NCBI GenBank assembly: GCA_964247055.1
Contig: OZ176050.1
Location: 2,232,001 to 2,296,000, forward strand
Direction: 5' to 3'
Origin: Paragordius varius
Taxonomy: Eukaryota; Animalia; Nematomorpha
DNA: 64,000 bases
Shown piece after piece: positions 48,811 to 61,738 of the stretch. A program made the translations under genes and the position numbers. The notes beneath the pieces are model-generated. The model searched no databases. It was not told the DNA's origin and was given only the letters and a program-made list of their open reading frames with translations. Within the stretch, counting starts at the first letter, position 1; each line of letters opens with the position of its first letter.

Positions 48811-51800
48811 TGTGGTAAATCGAGAAACCGTAAAACAATAATAATAATTATTGAGATAAAATGAAAAAACTACACTATATAAAGTGATGTTTATACATTT
48901 TTTGTGAATATAATATTTACATGTTAAATCAAGGTAAAATTACGTGTTCAGGTTAAAAACAAAATTGATACAATAGTTTACAAATATAAAAGGTCATGAA
49001 AAATGATTCAAATCTAATATATAAATTTGTCTAGTCTAAGGTTAAAACTGATGTATTCAAATCTATCATATCTCCTTATCCGAATCCGAGCCGATCTGGT
49101 GCTTTTCTTTCCCTAAGAGGATATCTCATTTCAAGTTCTCTCTAAGTGGTCTTTTCCGTTCTTATTTCAACCTCGGTGTCTTTTCGTTTTCTTTTTCTTT
49201 GCTTTGTTCCTCCCCCACTTCCCGATTATTGGTTGTTATCTTCATCAGTTTGGTTTATCGTTAAATTCATTCTCCTCTCCTGTTCTCGTCTCCGGTCGGC
49301 CGTAATTGATCCGCATGCTTGCGAAGGATTCGATTTTCATCTCTAACAGTGTACGAGATTACCCCTGTTCTCTCCAGAAAAATTGAACCTTTTCTCCACC
49401 CCGAATTGATATCATTCTTTAGCTACACTTCTTCGTCTGGTCTAAAAACTTGATTGGGTATTATGTCGTCCACTAATCGTTGTAAGGGTTCCCTAACCCA
49501 AGAGAAGCAGGTATTAATATTTCTTTTCAGAAATAAGTTATACGGGCACTCTTTTGTGGCGCTATGTACGGCGGAGCGATAACCCCATAACACCTTGATT
49601 TATTTTTTTGTCAGGAATCAGCTTAAATCCGTTAGCGATTTATAGTGTGCTTTTAAGGTGAAATGACACGTTCCACCAGCCCGTTTATTCGTGGATGATA
49701 GGGGGCACAGTGGCATTGTTTGCTCGTTGCAAGGTATCTTTAAAATCCTTCGATGCAAAATATGATGCATTATCGGTAACTATCATTCGGGGAAACCCGT
49801 ACCTTACACACCAAAATTCTAACCAATATAATATGTTTGCAGAATCTAAATTCTTAGCAATTCGACTTCATCTGGAGCTACTATCGATAGCTACTATCCA
49901 ATAAAACCTATCAATAGGACCGGCAACATCAAGATGTATCCGTTACCAGATACCCGTATTAAAATTCCATTTGTACGTGGAAATGCTATTTATGTTACTA
50001 CGGTTTTACTGACACCCCATACAAGATCTCACATAACTTTCGATGTCTTGGACCTGGCCAACCCTTGCCTTGGCAGACTCTTTCATTACATTAGACCCCG
50101 AATGTCCAATATGCAAAAATTTTAACGTTTCGTTTCGCAACGCCCTGGGAATAAACAGACGATCGCCCCAATACAACAAACCATATTAAAATTGGAGCTG
50201 GCCAATCATTATGATGTAGAGCCGCTTTTAATGTCATCAAAACTCATCCCGTAATGTATGTTCTTTACTGTAGGTAAAACTCATCCCGTAATGTATGTTC
50301 TTTACTGTAGGTTTAAGTTGTCAGTTGTTAAAAAGTTGATTTACCTGGATGGCCCTCAACCTCCTCAGTCGGTACTTGATACGGTAGACGAGATAACCAA
50401 TCTGCTAAATTTTCCGAACCATTATTATATTGTTTATTAAAATTATAATCGGCTGTTCCAAGTATTCATCTTACTAATCTACTATTGTTAATATTACTTA
50501 GATCTTTTTTAAAACAACTTGATAGGGGTTATGATCGGTTAATAATACGAACTTTCTGCCATACACAAACATTTTAAATTTTTCTAGCGCATATAAAATT
50601 GCCCTTGCTTCTTTTTCAATTACCGAGAAATGTTGTTCTGCCATCACACATTTTCGAGACGCAAAAGCTATGGTTTGTTTTCCCTCACTTGTCATATGTG
50701 ATAAGACTGCTCCGAATCCGTCATTCGATGCGTCTGTTTCCAACACTAACGGAAGGTTCGGGTTAAACGGTGTTAGACACAATGCATTACTCACCAACAG
50801 TTTAGTGTTATCAAAAACCATCTCTTCTTTTGTCGACCAACACCATTTCTTAGAACCTGTGAGCGCATCTAAATCGTCGATTGCAGCATGCAAAGATGGA
50901 ATAAAACGAGCGTGAATATTTAACATTCCCAAAAAAGACCGAAGTGATGTTCTATTGGTAGGTGTAGGACAATTCAAAATTGCTTTTACCTTTTCGTTAT
51001 CATGTTTAATTCCTTTGTCTGAAATTATATAGCCTAAGTATGACAATGAGATAAGAGCTAATTGGATTTTGTCCTTTTTAAATTCCAAACCTACAGTAGC
51101 TTATTTGTTCAAAACTTTTTCCAAATTAACTTTATGGTCCATTACCGTTGTTCCACTAACAATTATATCATCTAAGTAAACCGTTGTACCTGGACAATCT
51201 TTTAATAACTCATCCATAATTTGTTGAAATATCGTGGGTGCACTAGATATTCCAAATGGCAGTCTCTTAAATCGAAAAAGACCTATATGTGAACTGAACG
51301 CGAGTAATGTTGGTAATCTTGGTGTATCAGCATTTGCTAGTAAGCTTCTTTTAGATCTAGGGTCGTAAAAACTTTTTTTTGCCCGATTTTGAACACTAAT
51401 TGATCGAACGTTGGAATAAAATGATCGACAAGAACCAGAATTGGGTTAACAGTAACCCTAAAATAACCATAAATGCGAACATTATCATTCTTTTTAACTA
51501 TCACCAACGGAGTTACCCAGTCAATTCGTGTTTGCGAGGGGTATATGGACTCTGGTACCCAGACTTTCAAGCCTCTTTAATTCACTCTCCACCTTAGACT
51601 GAAGCTGGATAGGTACCCTCCTGGGTTCAAATCTTTTGGGGCTCCCTTTTTGAGCAACAACTTGATGGGTGGTCCCGTGTAACATCCAATCTCACAAAAT
51701 AAATCCTTAAAATTATTTAAATCCACGTAACTAACATTTTTAAGAACTACAGTCTCTGAAAATCTACGTTAAAGGCTTCCACGGTAAAACAAAAATGTTA

Positions 51801-52996
51801 CCCCAATCCTCCCTGGTAACCATACATTCCAACTGTTGACCATACCGTTCCATTTCACATCTACCATCTACACCTTGATGGTTTAACCCAACTATAGGAC
51901 CCGCGGGTGCTAAGATCGGCTTTCCAATCTCCAGCCACGTTTTTCCCAATCTATGATATTTGAGCTCCGGTATCGTACAACATCCTCACCCAATGGCCAT
52001 TTAGACTTGCTTGTCGGGATTCATTATTATTATTGTTACCATTCACTATATTAATTCGCCGGCACCTGCCAAAATGACATCGCTTTGCATCAATAACACT
52101 CTTTGTTTGAAGCGGGGCACCAGTTGATCGCATGCACGTATCCACATTTTTTACACTTTTTTCTTATCATCACAACCTGCATATTGTCGGGATTCTGATC
52201 AATCAAACAACTGTTTTTCGTACGCCATTGCCATTTCTACCACCATCTCCAACGTAATCGTCCCATCAAACATTGCGTTTGGAAATTTTGTGAACGAATC
52301 TATTTCTTGAGTTGTAAGACTCCAACAAACCCATCTCTGATTCTTAGCATTGCATTTTGCCCAAAGTTACACCGGGCACCACATTCCTTTACCCGAATCA
52401 AATAATCCATCACTGATTCCGTGGGTTCCCTTCGGAGTTGCGTAAACTGGAACCTGGCTGCCAACACATTGTATGTCGGAACAAATACTTTTTTTCCAGC
52501 TGCTACCCAGCCCACTTCTTCTAACAGTACGGGATAAAAGAATTTCTTCAACTTTGGAAGATGGGATAAACCGATATAGGTCAATAACAAGTTTTTTTTG
52601 TTTCGTCATCTCCTTGAATTAATTTCACTTTTAACATTCTATTTATATAATCATCAAAGCTAGTTGCGGGATCATATGCTTCCAGACCTAATTTCTCCAT
52701 GCGCGAATGTAATGAGGTAAAAAAAATAGACCGCGCCAAATGTTGTAAATCGAGAAACCGTAAAACAATAATATTTAGTGAAATAAAATACAAAAACTAA
52801 ATTAGGTAAAGTTTGCGATGTTTATATACTTTTAGTGAATATAATATTTACAAGTTAAACCAAGGTAGTGCGCAGATTAAATACAAAATTGATACAATAT
52901 TTTAACTCAATTATAGGGCATCAAAAATGTATTCAAATCTAATATATAAATTTGTCTAGTCTAAGGTTAGCTAAACTGATGTATTTAAATCTACCA
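48811..52996 (-). mobile_element. Full-length but decayed Ty3/gypsy Mag-clade element (about 4.2 kb): 5' LTR 52741-52996, 3' LTR 48811-49068
   Basis: PBS TGGCGCGGTC next to the 5' LTR. Gag with two CCHC knuckles, protease YDTGAQIS, RT (LDLKEAY, YLDD), RNase H (ETDAS) and integrase ending RYPLRERKAPDRLGFG*. PPT GGATAAGGAGA. The 5-bp target duplication ATAAT is seen at 48806-48810 and, in the duplicate copy, at 61734-61738. Confidence 0.95.
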
Positions 52997-54055
52997 GAAC
53001 AGACTACATCAAGTGATTCATGGAGATTTCAGATGTTTAAGCAGGATTTATGAAAGGGCGTATCACCAGAAATCACATCTCTAACACGCAAAACATATAA
53101 AGAATATCAAGTAGAGTTAGTAATATGTTGTATAGATTATACCCAATTTAACTCGATTAACCATGTCTATTTATGGCGAGGTTTGGAAGCAATGGGAACT
53201 ACAGTAATTGTTACCTTGCTCAAAAATTTGTATGGACATCAAAAGGCCATAATACAAAACTCGGTGGGCAGAACCAACGAAATTTCAATACAGAAGGGTA
53301 GTCAAGGATGTTGCCTCTCACCAGACTTGTTAAACATTAGTACAAAAATGATCATGAGAAAAGTATATGAAGCTAACCTAAGGAGGGCGAAGGATTTACA
53401 ATCTAAGATTCGAAGATGACGACGCTGATTGCAATAATGTAGAAAGTTTAAATAATATGATATAAGAGGAGAAAGCCAGTAGAAGTAGTAAATAAAAACT
53501 TATTCTTATGCTCTCTAAATATAAACGGATCCTTCACGCCAGATATTCACCGCCGCATAGCATTAGGGAAGTCAGCTGAGAACAAGTTGACTAAATTATG
53601 GAAAAGTAAAGATATCACTATGGAAACTAAAAAGAGAGTAATGAAATGCATGGTTTTTCCGGTAACTTATGCTGCCGAAAGTTTGACACTAAAACAGAAT
53701 GATAAAAAAGGATTGCAGCATTGAAAAATGGTGTTGGAGGATAATGTTGATTAGATGGTCTCACAGGGTTAAGAATGAAACAATAAGATAAATATTAAAT
53801 TCTGAGAATTACTTAATGGAAGCCATAATATTGGTCACATTTTCAGAAGTACATCTCTCGAGAAGTTTCATTTTTACAAAAGGGGAAAAAGGAAAACCGA
53901 TGTTAAGATGGCTGGATAATGTAAAGAAAGAATCTGGTAGATGTGTAAGGGAATTGAAAGAAATAGCCCGGGAAAGAAACAAGGGGAGAGAACTCGTCAT
54001 TTTAATTAAGGGATTGAACTCGACCTAAGGAATTACCTTCCTACCTTCCTAATAA
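52997..54055 (+). mobile_element. RTE-clade LINE, 3' part (RT and 3' end), continuation of 47570-48810
   Basis: Resumes QNRLHQ..EISDVxAGFMKGR, QGCCLSPDLLNI, RRIALGKSA and GKPMLRWLD. It ends in short TACCTTCC repeats, as is typical of RTE tails. Confidence 0.88.
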
Positions 54056-54329
54056 AAAATAGTTTAAAAACGCTAAAATAAATAAATGATATGACTTTGA
54101 TATAAGTTAAAAACAAAACAAAACAAAAAAGTTGTTCTAACTGGAAGTGTTCAAACACATTCTTGAAATGCAAATGGTATATATACATTTGTATACCAAG
54201 GATTTCAATAGCGTAGTTAGGGAGAGGGAATGGGAATGCACTGGGCGCCATAGTTGTTTATTTTTTTTAATTTTATTTCAATAAAATAGGTATTTAAAAG
54301 TTATTTAAAATTATCGATAAAAAATCACC

Positions 54330-54520
54330 CATTTATAAGTGGTCATCACCTTTAACCTTGACCGAAATTCTCTTTTAGTATTATCAATATTTAAATCTAA
54401 TCAACTCCTTCATATCCTTATTAATATCTCTCCACTTTGTCTTCAAGCGTCTACCTTTCTTACCTCCAGCCTGTTCATATCAATCAAGATAACAACCTTC
54501 AAATATTTTATTTCAATCAA
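54330..54520 (-). mobile_element. 3'-end fragment of a different LINE (RTE-like), shared by both arms of the inverted duplication
   Basis: The minus strand reads GRRLKTKWRDINKDMKEL, resembling an RT C-terminus. A homologous inverted copy is at about 60235-60430. Confidence 0.5.
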
Positions 54521-56081
54521 AATGTCAGATATATATATACACGATAAGACGATATCAATTAATTTTTATTTAGATTTTTATAGAAAGTGATTTTTAAATA
54601 TTCCATGGCAAATATTGCATATATATATAGATATATATATATCAAGTAAATACTCCTTTATGTACCGATATTAAAGTTGAATTTTTTGCAAATCATTTAA
54701 GATTCTGAGCGAATTTTAAAATATGTATTTTTAGCCTTTTAGGAAAATAATTCAAATATTATAATTGCAAAGGCGTCATATCAAACCTTTCACCGCCATT
54801 TTACAAATTTATTGATAGGCACTGCTTTCAAATCAGCGGATAAAAAGTGTTTTGATAAAGCTTATAGCCTGATAGATAAATATATCAGGATTCTCTTGGT
54901 GCTATTGGTCTTAATGCTAACGAGCTAAACAAAAATTAACTTTTGTTGTAATTGCTCGATATCGGAAAATCGTATGTTTTTTGGTAAAAATGAATTCTTT
55001 TCAAAAAAATTATAACGAGAAGCCCATTTCTAAAGGGAGCGAAAATTTGACACTGGGGCCAAAAAATTTTCGCTGTTTAATATATGGTGTAGATATGTGA
55101 CAATGATAATTTTAAGCACATAGCTTTTTCAAATAAAATTTTTTAGGGATATTGTCTCAAATTTTGCAATTTTTAATATAAAGATAACACTAATATGTAT
55201 ATATTTTTTATATCACAATATAAAAACCTCATGATAATCCTGATACTTTTATCTCTCAAAATAGAGATATATATATATTATTATTTTTATGTGCATGTAT
55301 AATACAAAAATCAATGTATATTATGGTTTGCCATTACACTTAATTTAACTTTTAAATATTTAGAAATGAATTTTGATATTCTTGTAATCCGCTTATATAA
55401 TAATTGGTATATAAATACGATTATTATTGACACACCATACCTTTTGGGGTGGTTTTGTTTTCTAAAGTCATTTAAAATCAGAATATTTTAAAAAGTAAAG
55501 GTATTAAGTTGAATCTAAAAATAGGCTTTCTTAAGTTTTTAGGCACATTATCCAATTTTTTTAAAAATCATCATCACAAGCTTTTTTGCCGCCTTTTTTT
55601 GAATCGCTAATGCAACATGCAATCTATATTATGGTTAGAAAAATAAATAATTAGCTTTATAATGCTTGTTACATTCTACCAGCAAAACTTAAGGTAATTA
55701 GATTTTCATATGAGCTGTTCACAATGGTGTTTTGGGGTGTCCCCTTTTTAAGAAGTCGCAAAACTGTAAAAAAATAAAATTTTTATCTACATGAGAACAA
55801 TATTTGATTATTAAATGTTAAATATAATTACTTTAAATCTGTAGTTTATTTACAAAATTGAACTCTAAGATATAAAAAACCCCAAAATGTAAAATAGGAC
55901 AAAAAATGAAGAGATAGTGTGCTAATATCTGAAATACTATAAAAATTAGCCTAGAAGCCATATTGTAAAAATTTTAAAGATATATGAAAACATATATTAC
56001 TAGAAATCTATTAACAAACCAATATATAATTTTTTTCTAATTCAAAAATATATCTATTTTATTTTTATATTACGATGCAAA

Positions 56082-58286
56082 ATGATAAGGCGTTTTGAGG
56101 TCATACCCTTACTTATGAATGAATCGGTTTTAAATTCAAAATTGAATGCTGCTAAACATGCGGTTCAAGATAATTTATTGAAGGACAATTTAAAAATTGG
56201 GATTGGTAGTGGAACAACTATAGTGTATGTTGCCAAAGAATTAAGTAAATATTATGTTAATATTTATTATTTTAGGCAAATTGAAAAAGGACGGCAAGAT
56301 TATTAATCTTATTTGCGTTCCAACATCCAATCAGGCCAAGAACCTTATTTTGGAAGCCGGATTAACATTAGCCACGCTTGATCAATATCCTGAAGTTAGA
56401 AACGATTGATTATTTAGCTTGATATTTGTATCGATGGAGCTGATGAGTTTGATTCAAACCTTAATTTGATTAAAGGCGGTGGAGGTTGTTTGGTTAAAGA
56501 AAAAATTATTGCTTTCAATTCCAAATATTTTGTTGTGGTTGTGGATGAGAGGTTGTTTTTATAAACCAAAAACCTATAGAAAACATTCAAACATGTTAGG
56601 TCAAAATTGGAATCGTGGGATCCCTGTTGAAGTTATTCCCACAGCTCTAGTTTCAATCAAAAAATACCTGGAAGCTATCAATACAATTGGGTTTGGCCCC
56701 TGTAAAATAAGAGAATCAACTGAAGTTATGGTATAATTTTTTTTAATTTTTGGAAAGGGTTATTAAGTCGACCCTTTTTATGATTATTTTTTCCGATAAG
56801 GAATGGACGCTTAAAATAAAAGCATAAATAATCGCGGACACATTTTTTAATTTTGGTTTATCAGGTTTGAAAAATTGAAAAAAATTATAATTAAAGCAAG
56901 CCAATACGTCTTTATCCAAAAATTATATAGTTTTTTTAGTAAGCGACATGTCAATTAAATAATTAAAATTCCATGCCAGAAAATAATATGGAATTTTTCT
57001 GAACTACATCTATATGATGCGATATATATGTTAATTATATTTTGGAAATAATAATCATCATTCATTGGTTTCTAAGGTTCGGGGCCTCCAGAGTTACCAT
57101 GTCACTATTAACTTGTTCATGTTTGATATCGAATCTTGATAAATTTTGAATCAGGTGTTCTAGTAAGTTTGGGCGTTTTCTATATGGGCCGTGTTTAGTT
57201 GTATGTTTTGCATTTTAGAATTTAATGCTAATATGCCTCCTGATGGTAATATTTGCAATATATATCTTCAATCAAACTCAACATTTTTTCAATCATTATA
57301 ATCTATTATAAATTCAACACTTTTTCGATTATAAACAACTTTTATCCAATCAAACTTACCACTTTTAACTCAACTAAATAATTAGTTTATTAGATTAATT
57401 TTAAGTATTTTAATGTTTTTTATTATAATTACTAAATTATTGATAATTAATTTATTACTTTGCAGAAATGTTAAAGTTTTTGGTATAAAAATCGTTGGTA
57501 TTGACTATATATATGAACAGATAATGAACACAAATTTTTTTAAAATCTATTTTAAGATTATGTTTAGTAAACTTTAGCTAATAAATGTTTTTGAATAAAG
57601 TATGTTGAGTAAAAAGTAGTATAACTGCGAATGAGTTTGGTCGAAAAGCGTAACATTATAGTTTTAATTATATAATTTTCAACTCCAATTATTCAAGTTT
57701 ATTGCTGTTAGCCAAAGTTTCTTTGCACATGTATTGGCTGGCCTTATCTTCGTTTTGCGAATTTGATTGGAAGGATATCGATTCGCCTAGAATCAGACAT
57801 TCTTAAATATATTAAAGTTAGCCCTAAAATCAAAATTTACAAAATGGAGGAGGACAGCTATGACATATGAAACTAGTAAATTGACTGAGTAATGCTGATT
57901 ATCATATTATTATAAAAATAAGGATTTCCATGAAAGTTAACTAGGGCTATAAGCGTTATAAAATTTATATGAGAAAATCAAAATTAATAAAAATTATAAA
58001 GAACCGTATTTATACAAGGATACGTTGCTTCACCACTATTTTTATTGGAAAACCATTGAATTTAATTTTATTATAGGGACCCGCAATCACAGAAAATGGA
58101 AATTTTATTATTGATTGGCAATCTTCTTTCCTTAATAATCCAAATGCGGATTGGAAAACGCTGTATGATGAAATCAAAAAAGTCCCTGGAATTGTAGATA
58201 TTGGCCTTTTTCTTAACATGGCCGATGTTATTTATGTTGGGAATGAAAATGGTGCCACAGTTTTGAAATCAAAAACTCGTCATTAA
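56082..58286 (+). CDS. RPIA: Ribose-5-phosphate isomerase A, 5 exons, about 258 aa (247 aa if the second ATG is used)
   Basis: Exons 56082-56244, 56276-56394, 56418-56551, 56580-56730 and 58077-58286 total 777 nt. Motifs [47 protein letters not shown] and [10 protein letters not shown]. Confidence 0.95.
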
Positions 58287-58979
58287 TCCCACGCAAGCCA
58301 CAATTAAGGAATTAAAAAAAACATTTGTAATATTAGATATATATTTAAAATTATAAATCCAATCATCGATCAATCAAATTATTTAAATCTTAATATTATT
58401 TACCTTAAACTTAGTATATTTTATGTGAAAAAATTATTTATTCTAATAAATCAATGATAATTCTAAATTTTATTTGCGCACCATGATGTTATTTTACATA
58501 AACCCGTATAAATTTCTTCATTGATTTCTCAAATCGTTCATTCATTCAAATTATTAATATTCCTCTTATTTTTGGTTGGGTAACTAGCTATACTTTTATA
58601 TATTAGAATAATGAGGTTCTTCAATGAGACCTATAATGGGAAAGCAATATCTCTTATTTTTTACTTGTATAGAATTAATCGAGTTTAAAAAAACTTAAGA
58701 ATACATACTGTCATACGAAACCTTAAACTTTTTGTTTTATTGTATTATATATTATTAAATTCAAAACACACATTAAAATATTCATCTATTACTGCCAAAA
58801 AAGCGATTTAATATAATTAATTTTAAATAGCTAAATTTTGCATAATAATTTTTTAAAATTTATTAAGTAAAAAGTCACTGTTTAAAAGCTCAACCAATTG
58901 TAGACTTTATTCAATGTTCCAATTAAGCTTTAAATTATGGTAGTAATAAGTTTTTATTGGTTTTATGTTTTAATTTTTA

Positions 58980-59440
58980 TCTTATTCAAAATATTGTCCA
59001 TCAACTTCTACGCATTTCTTCCACATCATCAATAATAGATTGTAGTACATTTGCGGCGCACCATTCTTTAAAGCAGTTTCCAACGTCAAAGAATTTAGGC
59101 AGATGGCGCCAGGTCAGGTAACTACAGTGGATGCTAAATGAAATGATGATCTTGTGAAGTTTGCCATTTCTTCTGGCCCATTCCGACCGTTTTTCGATCC
59201 ATTCATGGTGGTAATCAAATATTTGAAGAAATTGTGTATTAACGGTTGTTTACACTTCAAAAGTTTATAATACACAATACCGCTATGATTCCGGTAGAGA
59301 CAGAGCATGGTTTTCTTGGGAACCGAATTGATCTTGGTATTGATGGAACGGCTTGGCAAAACGAACATGACAATTTTTTCGCCTTTTTCAGAATAAAGCC
59401 AAATCACCCGTCATAATTTGTTTGCATGAAGGATTTCCTT
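58980..59440 (-). mobile_element. Decayed mariner transposase (catalytic half)
   Basis: QIMTGD, KKTMLCL..NHSGIVYYKLLK, a degenerate YSPDLAPSD (TTACCTGACCTGGCGCCATCTG) and WKKCVEVDGQYFE*. Confidence 0.85.
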
Positions 59441-60689
59441 TTATGAGGTTAAAGCAGGATTAACAAGTCAATTTGTGATTTTGGATTAGACGTTCATTCA
59501 AATTTATGGGACCTATATACCTAGTTTATTAGTCTTTCGATTGCTGGGAGACCTCTATTGATTCAGAGACGTAGCCTACGTTTCTGGCAATCGCTGCGTG
59601 AATCCTGATGACGCCCCCTCCATGCAAATTGCATTTAAATAGAATTCAAACAGTGCTTGAGATGAAATGTGATTCGTCATAAACAGAAACACGTGAAAAA
59701 AAACATGCACATCAACCCCATTCCTTTGAAAACGACAGTTTGCTTAGCAAATGTATCATTAATTAATAAATGATGATGTAGGTTTCTGCTCGAAAATTCG
59801 ACTTAGTTAAAATGTTGTATAAAAGCAGTATTTAAACTCAATTTTAAAGCGTAATCCACTAAAACAGATATTGGAAAATGGTTTGCATCCGAAAAAGAGT
59901 GGCAATTCGGTATTAAAAACATAAATAAATTGCGCAAAGGTTAAACATAAAATTCCATGAAAACTGCATCCCTAGACATAAATAACCTATTGTAATATAA
60001 TCCACATCTATTAGGTTATAAGGGTAACAAAATAAATATAAAACCACGACATGTACGTAGATGCATGCCCTAAATTGAGAAAGAAAATATATAAGCATTT
60101 ATTTTGAAATTTGCTTTTTCTTATCATTTTTAATTTTAAAAAATTTAATATAATGAATGACATTAAGCAAGCAATATATATAATTTTAAAAGAATATTAA
60201 CACAAAATACTTAAAAATGACACTTTGGCGATTTAAAAATATTTAAAGGTAGGTTACTTGATTGATATGAACCTGAGGGTAAGAAAGGTAGGAACTTGAA
60301 GACAGAGTGCAAGCTATTAATAAGGATAAGAAACAGTTGGTTAAATTTAAATATAACAATACTAAAGGAGAATTTCGGTCAAGGTTAAAGATCATGACCA
60401 CTCATAAATGGGTGATTTTTATGGATAATTTAAAATATTTACTTTTTATTGAAATAAAATTGAAAAATTTATACAACTATGGCGCCTGATGCATCAGCCC
60501 CCATACTCCCCCTAGCTACGCCATTGAAATCCATGGTATACTAATGTATATATATCATTTGCATTTTAAAATGTCTTTGAACACTATAAGTTGGTATTTT
60601 GACTTTTTTGTTTTGTTTTTAACTTTTATCAATCAAATCATATATAATTCATCTATTTTATCGTTTTTAACTATTTTTTATTAGGTAGG

Positions 60690-61733
60690 TAGCTAATTCC
60701 TTCAGAGCCCTTGGAAATAAATGACGAGTTCTTCCCAATTGTCTCTTTCCCATGCTATTTCTTTTGATTCCCTTACACTTATACCAGATTCTATCTGTAC
60801 AGTATCCAGCCATCTGAACATCGGTCTTCCTTTTTCTTTTCCCTTCAACCAAAAATTAAATCCTTCGTACTTCTTAAAATGTGACAATGTACAAGAACTT
60901 TTTTTTATTATAGTTTCCATTAAGTGACTCTCAGTATGTTTCATTCTTAACCTTGTGATATTACATTCTTCTCCAACAACATATTTCAATGCTGCAATCC
61001 TTTTTTTATCATTCTGTTTTAGTGTCAAACTTTCGCAGCATAAGTTGCTACCGGAAAAACCATGCATTTCACTCTCTTTTTGGTTTTCATAGTGATATCC
61101 CTACTTTTCCATAATTTAGTCAACTTGTTAGCAGGTGACTTCCCTAATGCTATGCGGCGTTGAATATCTGGCTCGGAGAAGCCGTTTATATCTATTAGAG
61201 AGCCCAAGAATAGGATTTTATTGACTACTTCTACTGGCTTTATTTTCTTACAAATCTTATCATATCATTTAAACTTTCTACATTATCTGCTATAAGCGTC
61301 GTGTCATCTGCAAATCTTAGATTGTAAATCCTTCGCCCTCCTATCCTTAGGCTTTCTATAGCTTCATCTACTTTACTCGTGATCATTTTTGTACTAATAT
61401 TTAACAAGTACGGTAAGAGGCAACATCCTTGAATACCCTTCTGTATTTAAATTTCGTTGGTTCTGCCCACCGAGTTTTGTATTATGGCCTTTTGATGTCC
61501 ATACAAATTTTTGAGGGTAACCATTGCTGTACCCATTGCTTCCAAACTTTGCCATATGGACATGGTTAATCGAGTTAAATTGGGTAAAATCTATACAACA
61601 TATTACTAACTCTACTTTATATTCTTTATATTGTTTGCGTGTCACGTTAGAAATGTGATTTCTGGTGCTACGCCCTTTCATAAATCCTGCTTGAACATCT
61701 GAAATCTCCCTGAATCACTTGATGTAGTTGTGG
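60690..61733 (-). mobile_element. Inverted duplicate of the RTE 3' part (52997-54055)
   Basis: Reverse-complement collinear with 53000-54050 at roughly 90% identity with many small indels. Confidence 0.9.
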
Positions 61734-61738
61734 ATAAT

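Larger units (their letters stand above)
50728..54520. repeat. Left arm of a large inverted segmental duplication (partner about 60235-64000+)
   Basis: Continuous reverse-complement homology across gypsy, RTE, unique AT-rich DNA and a second LINE fragment. Inner boundaries are approximate. Confidence 0.92.
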
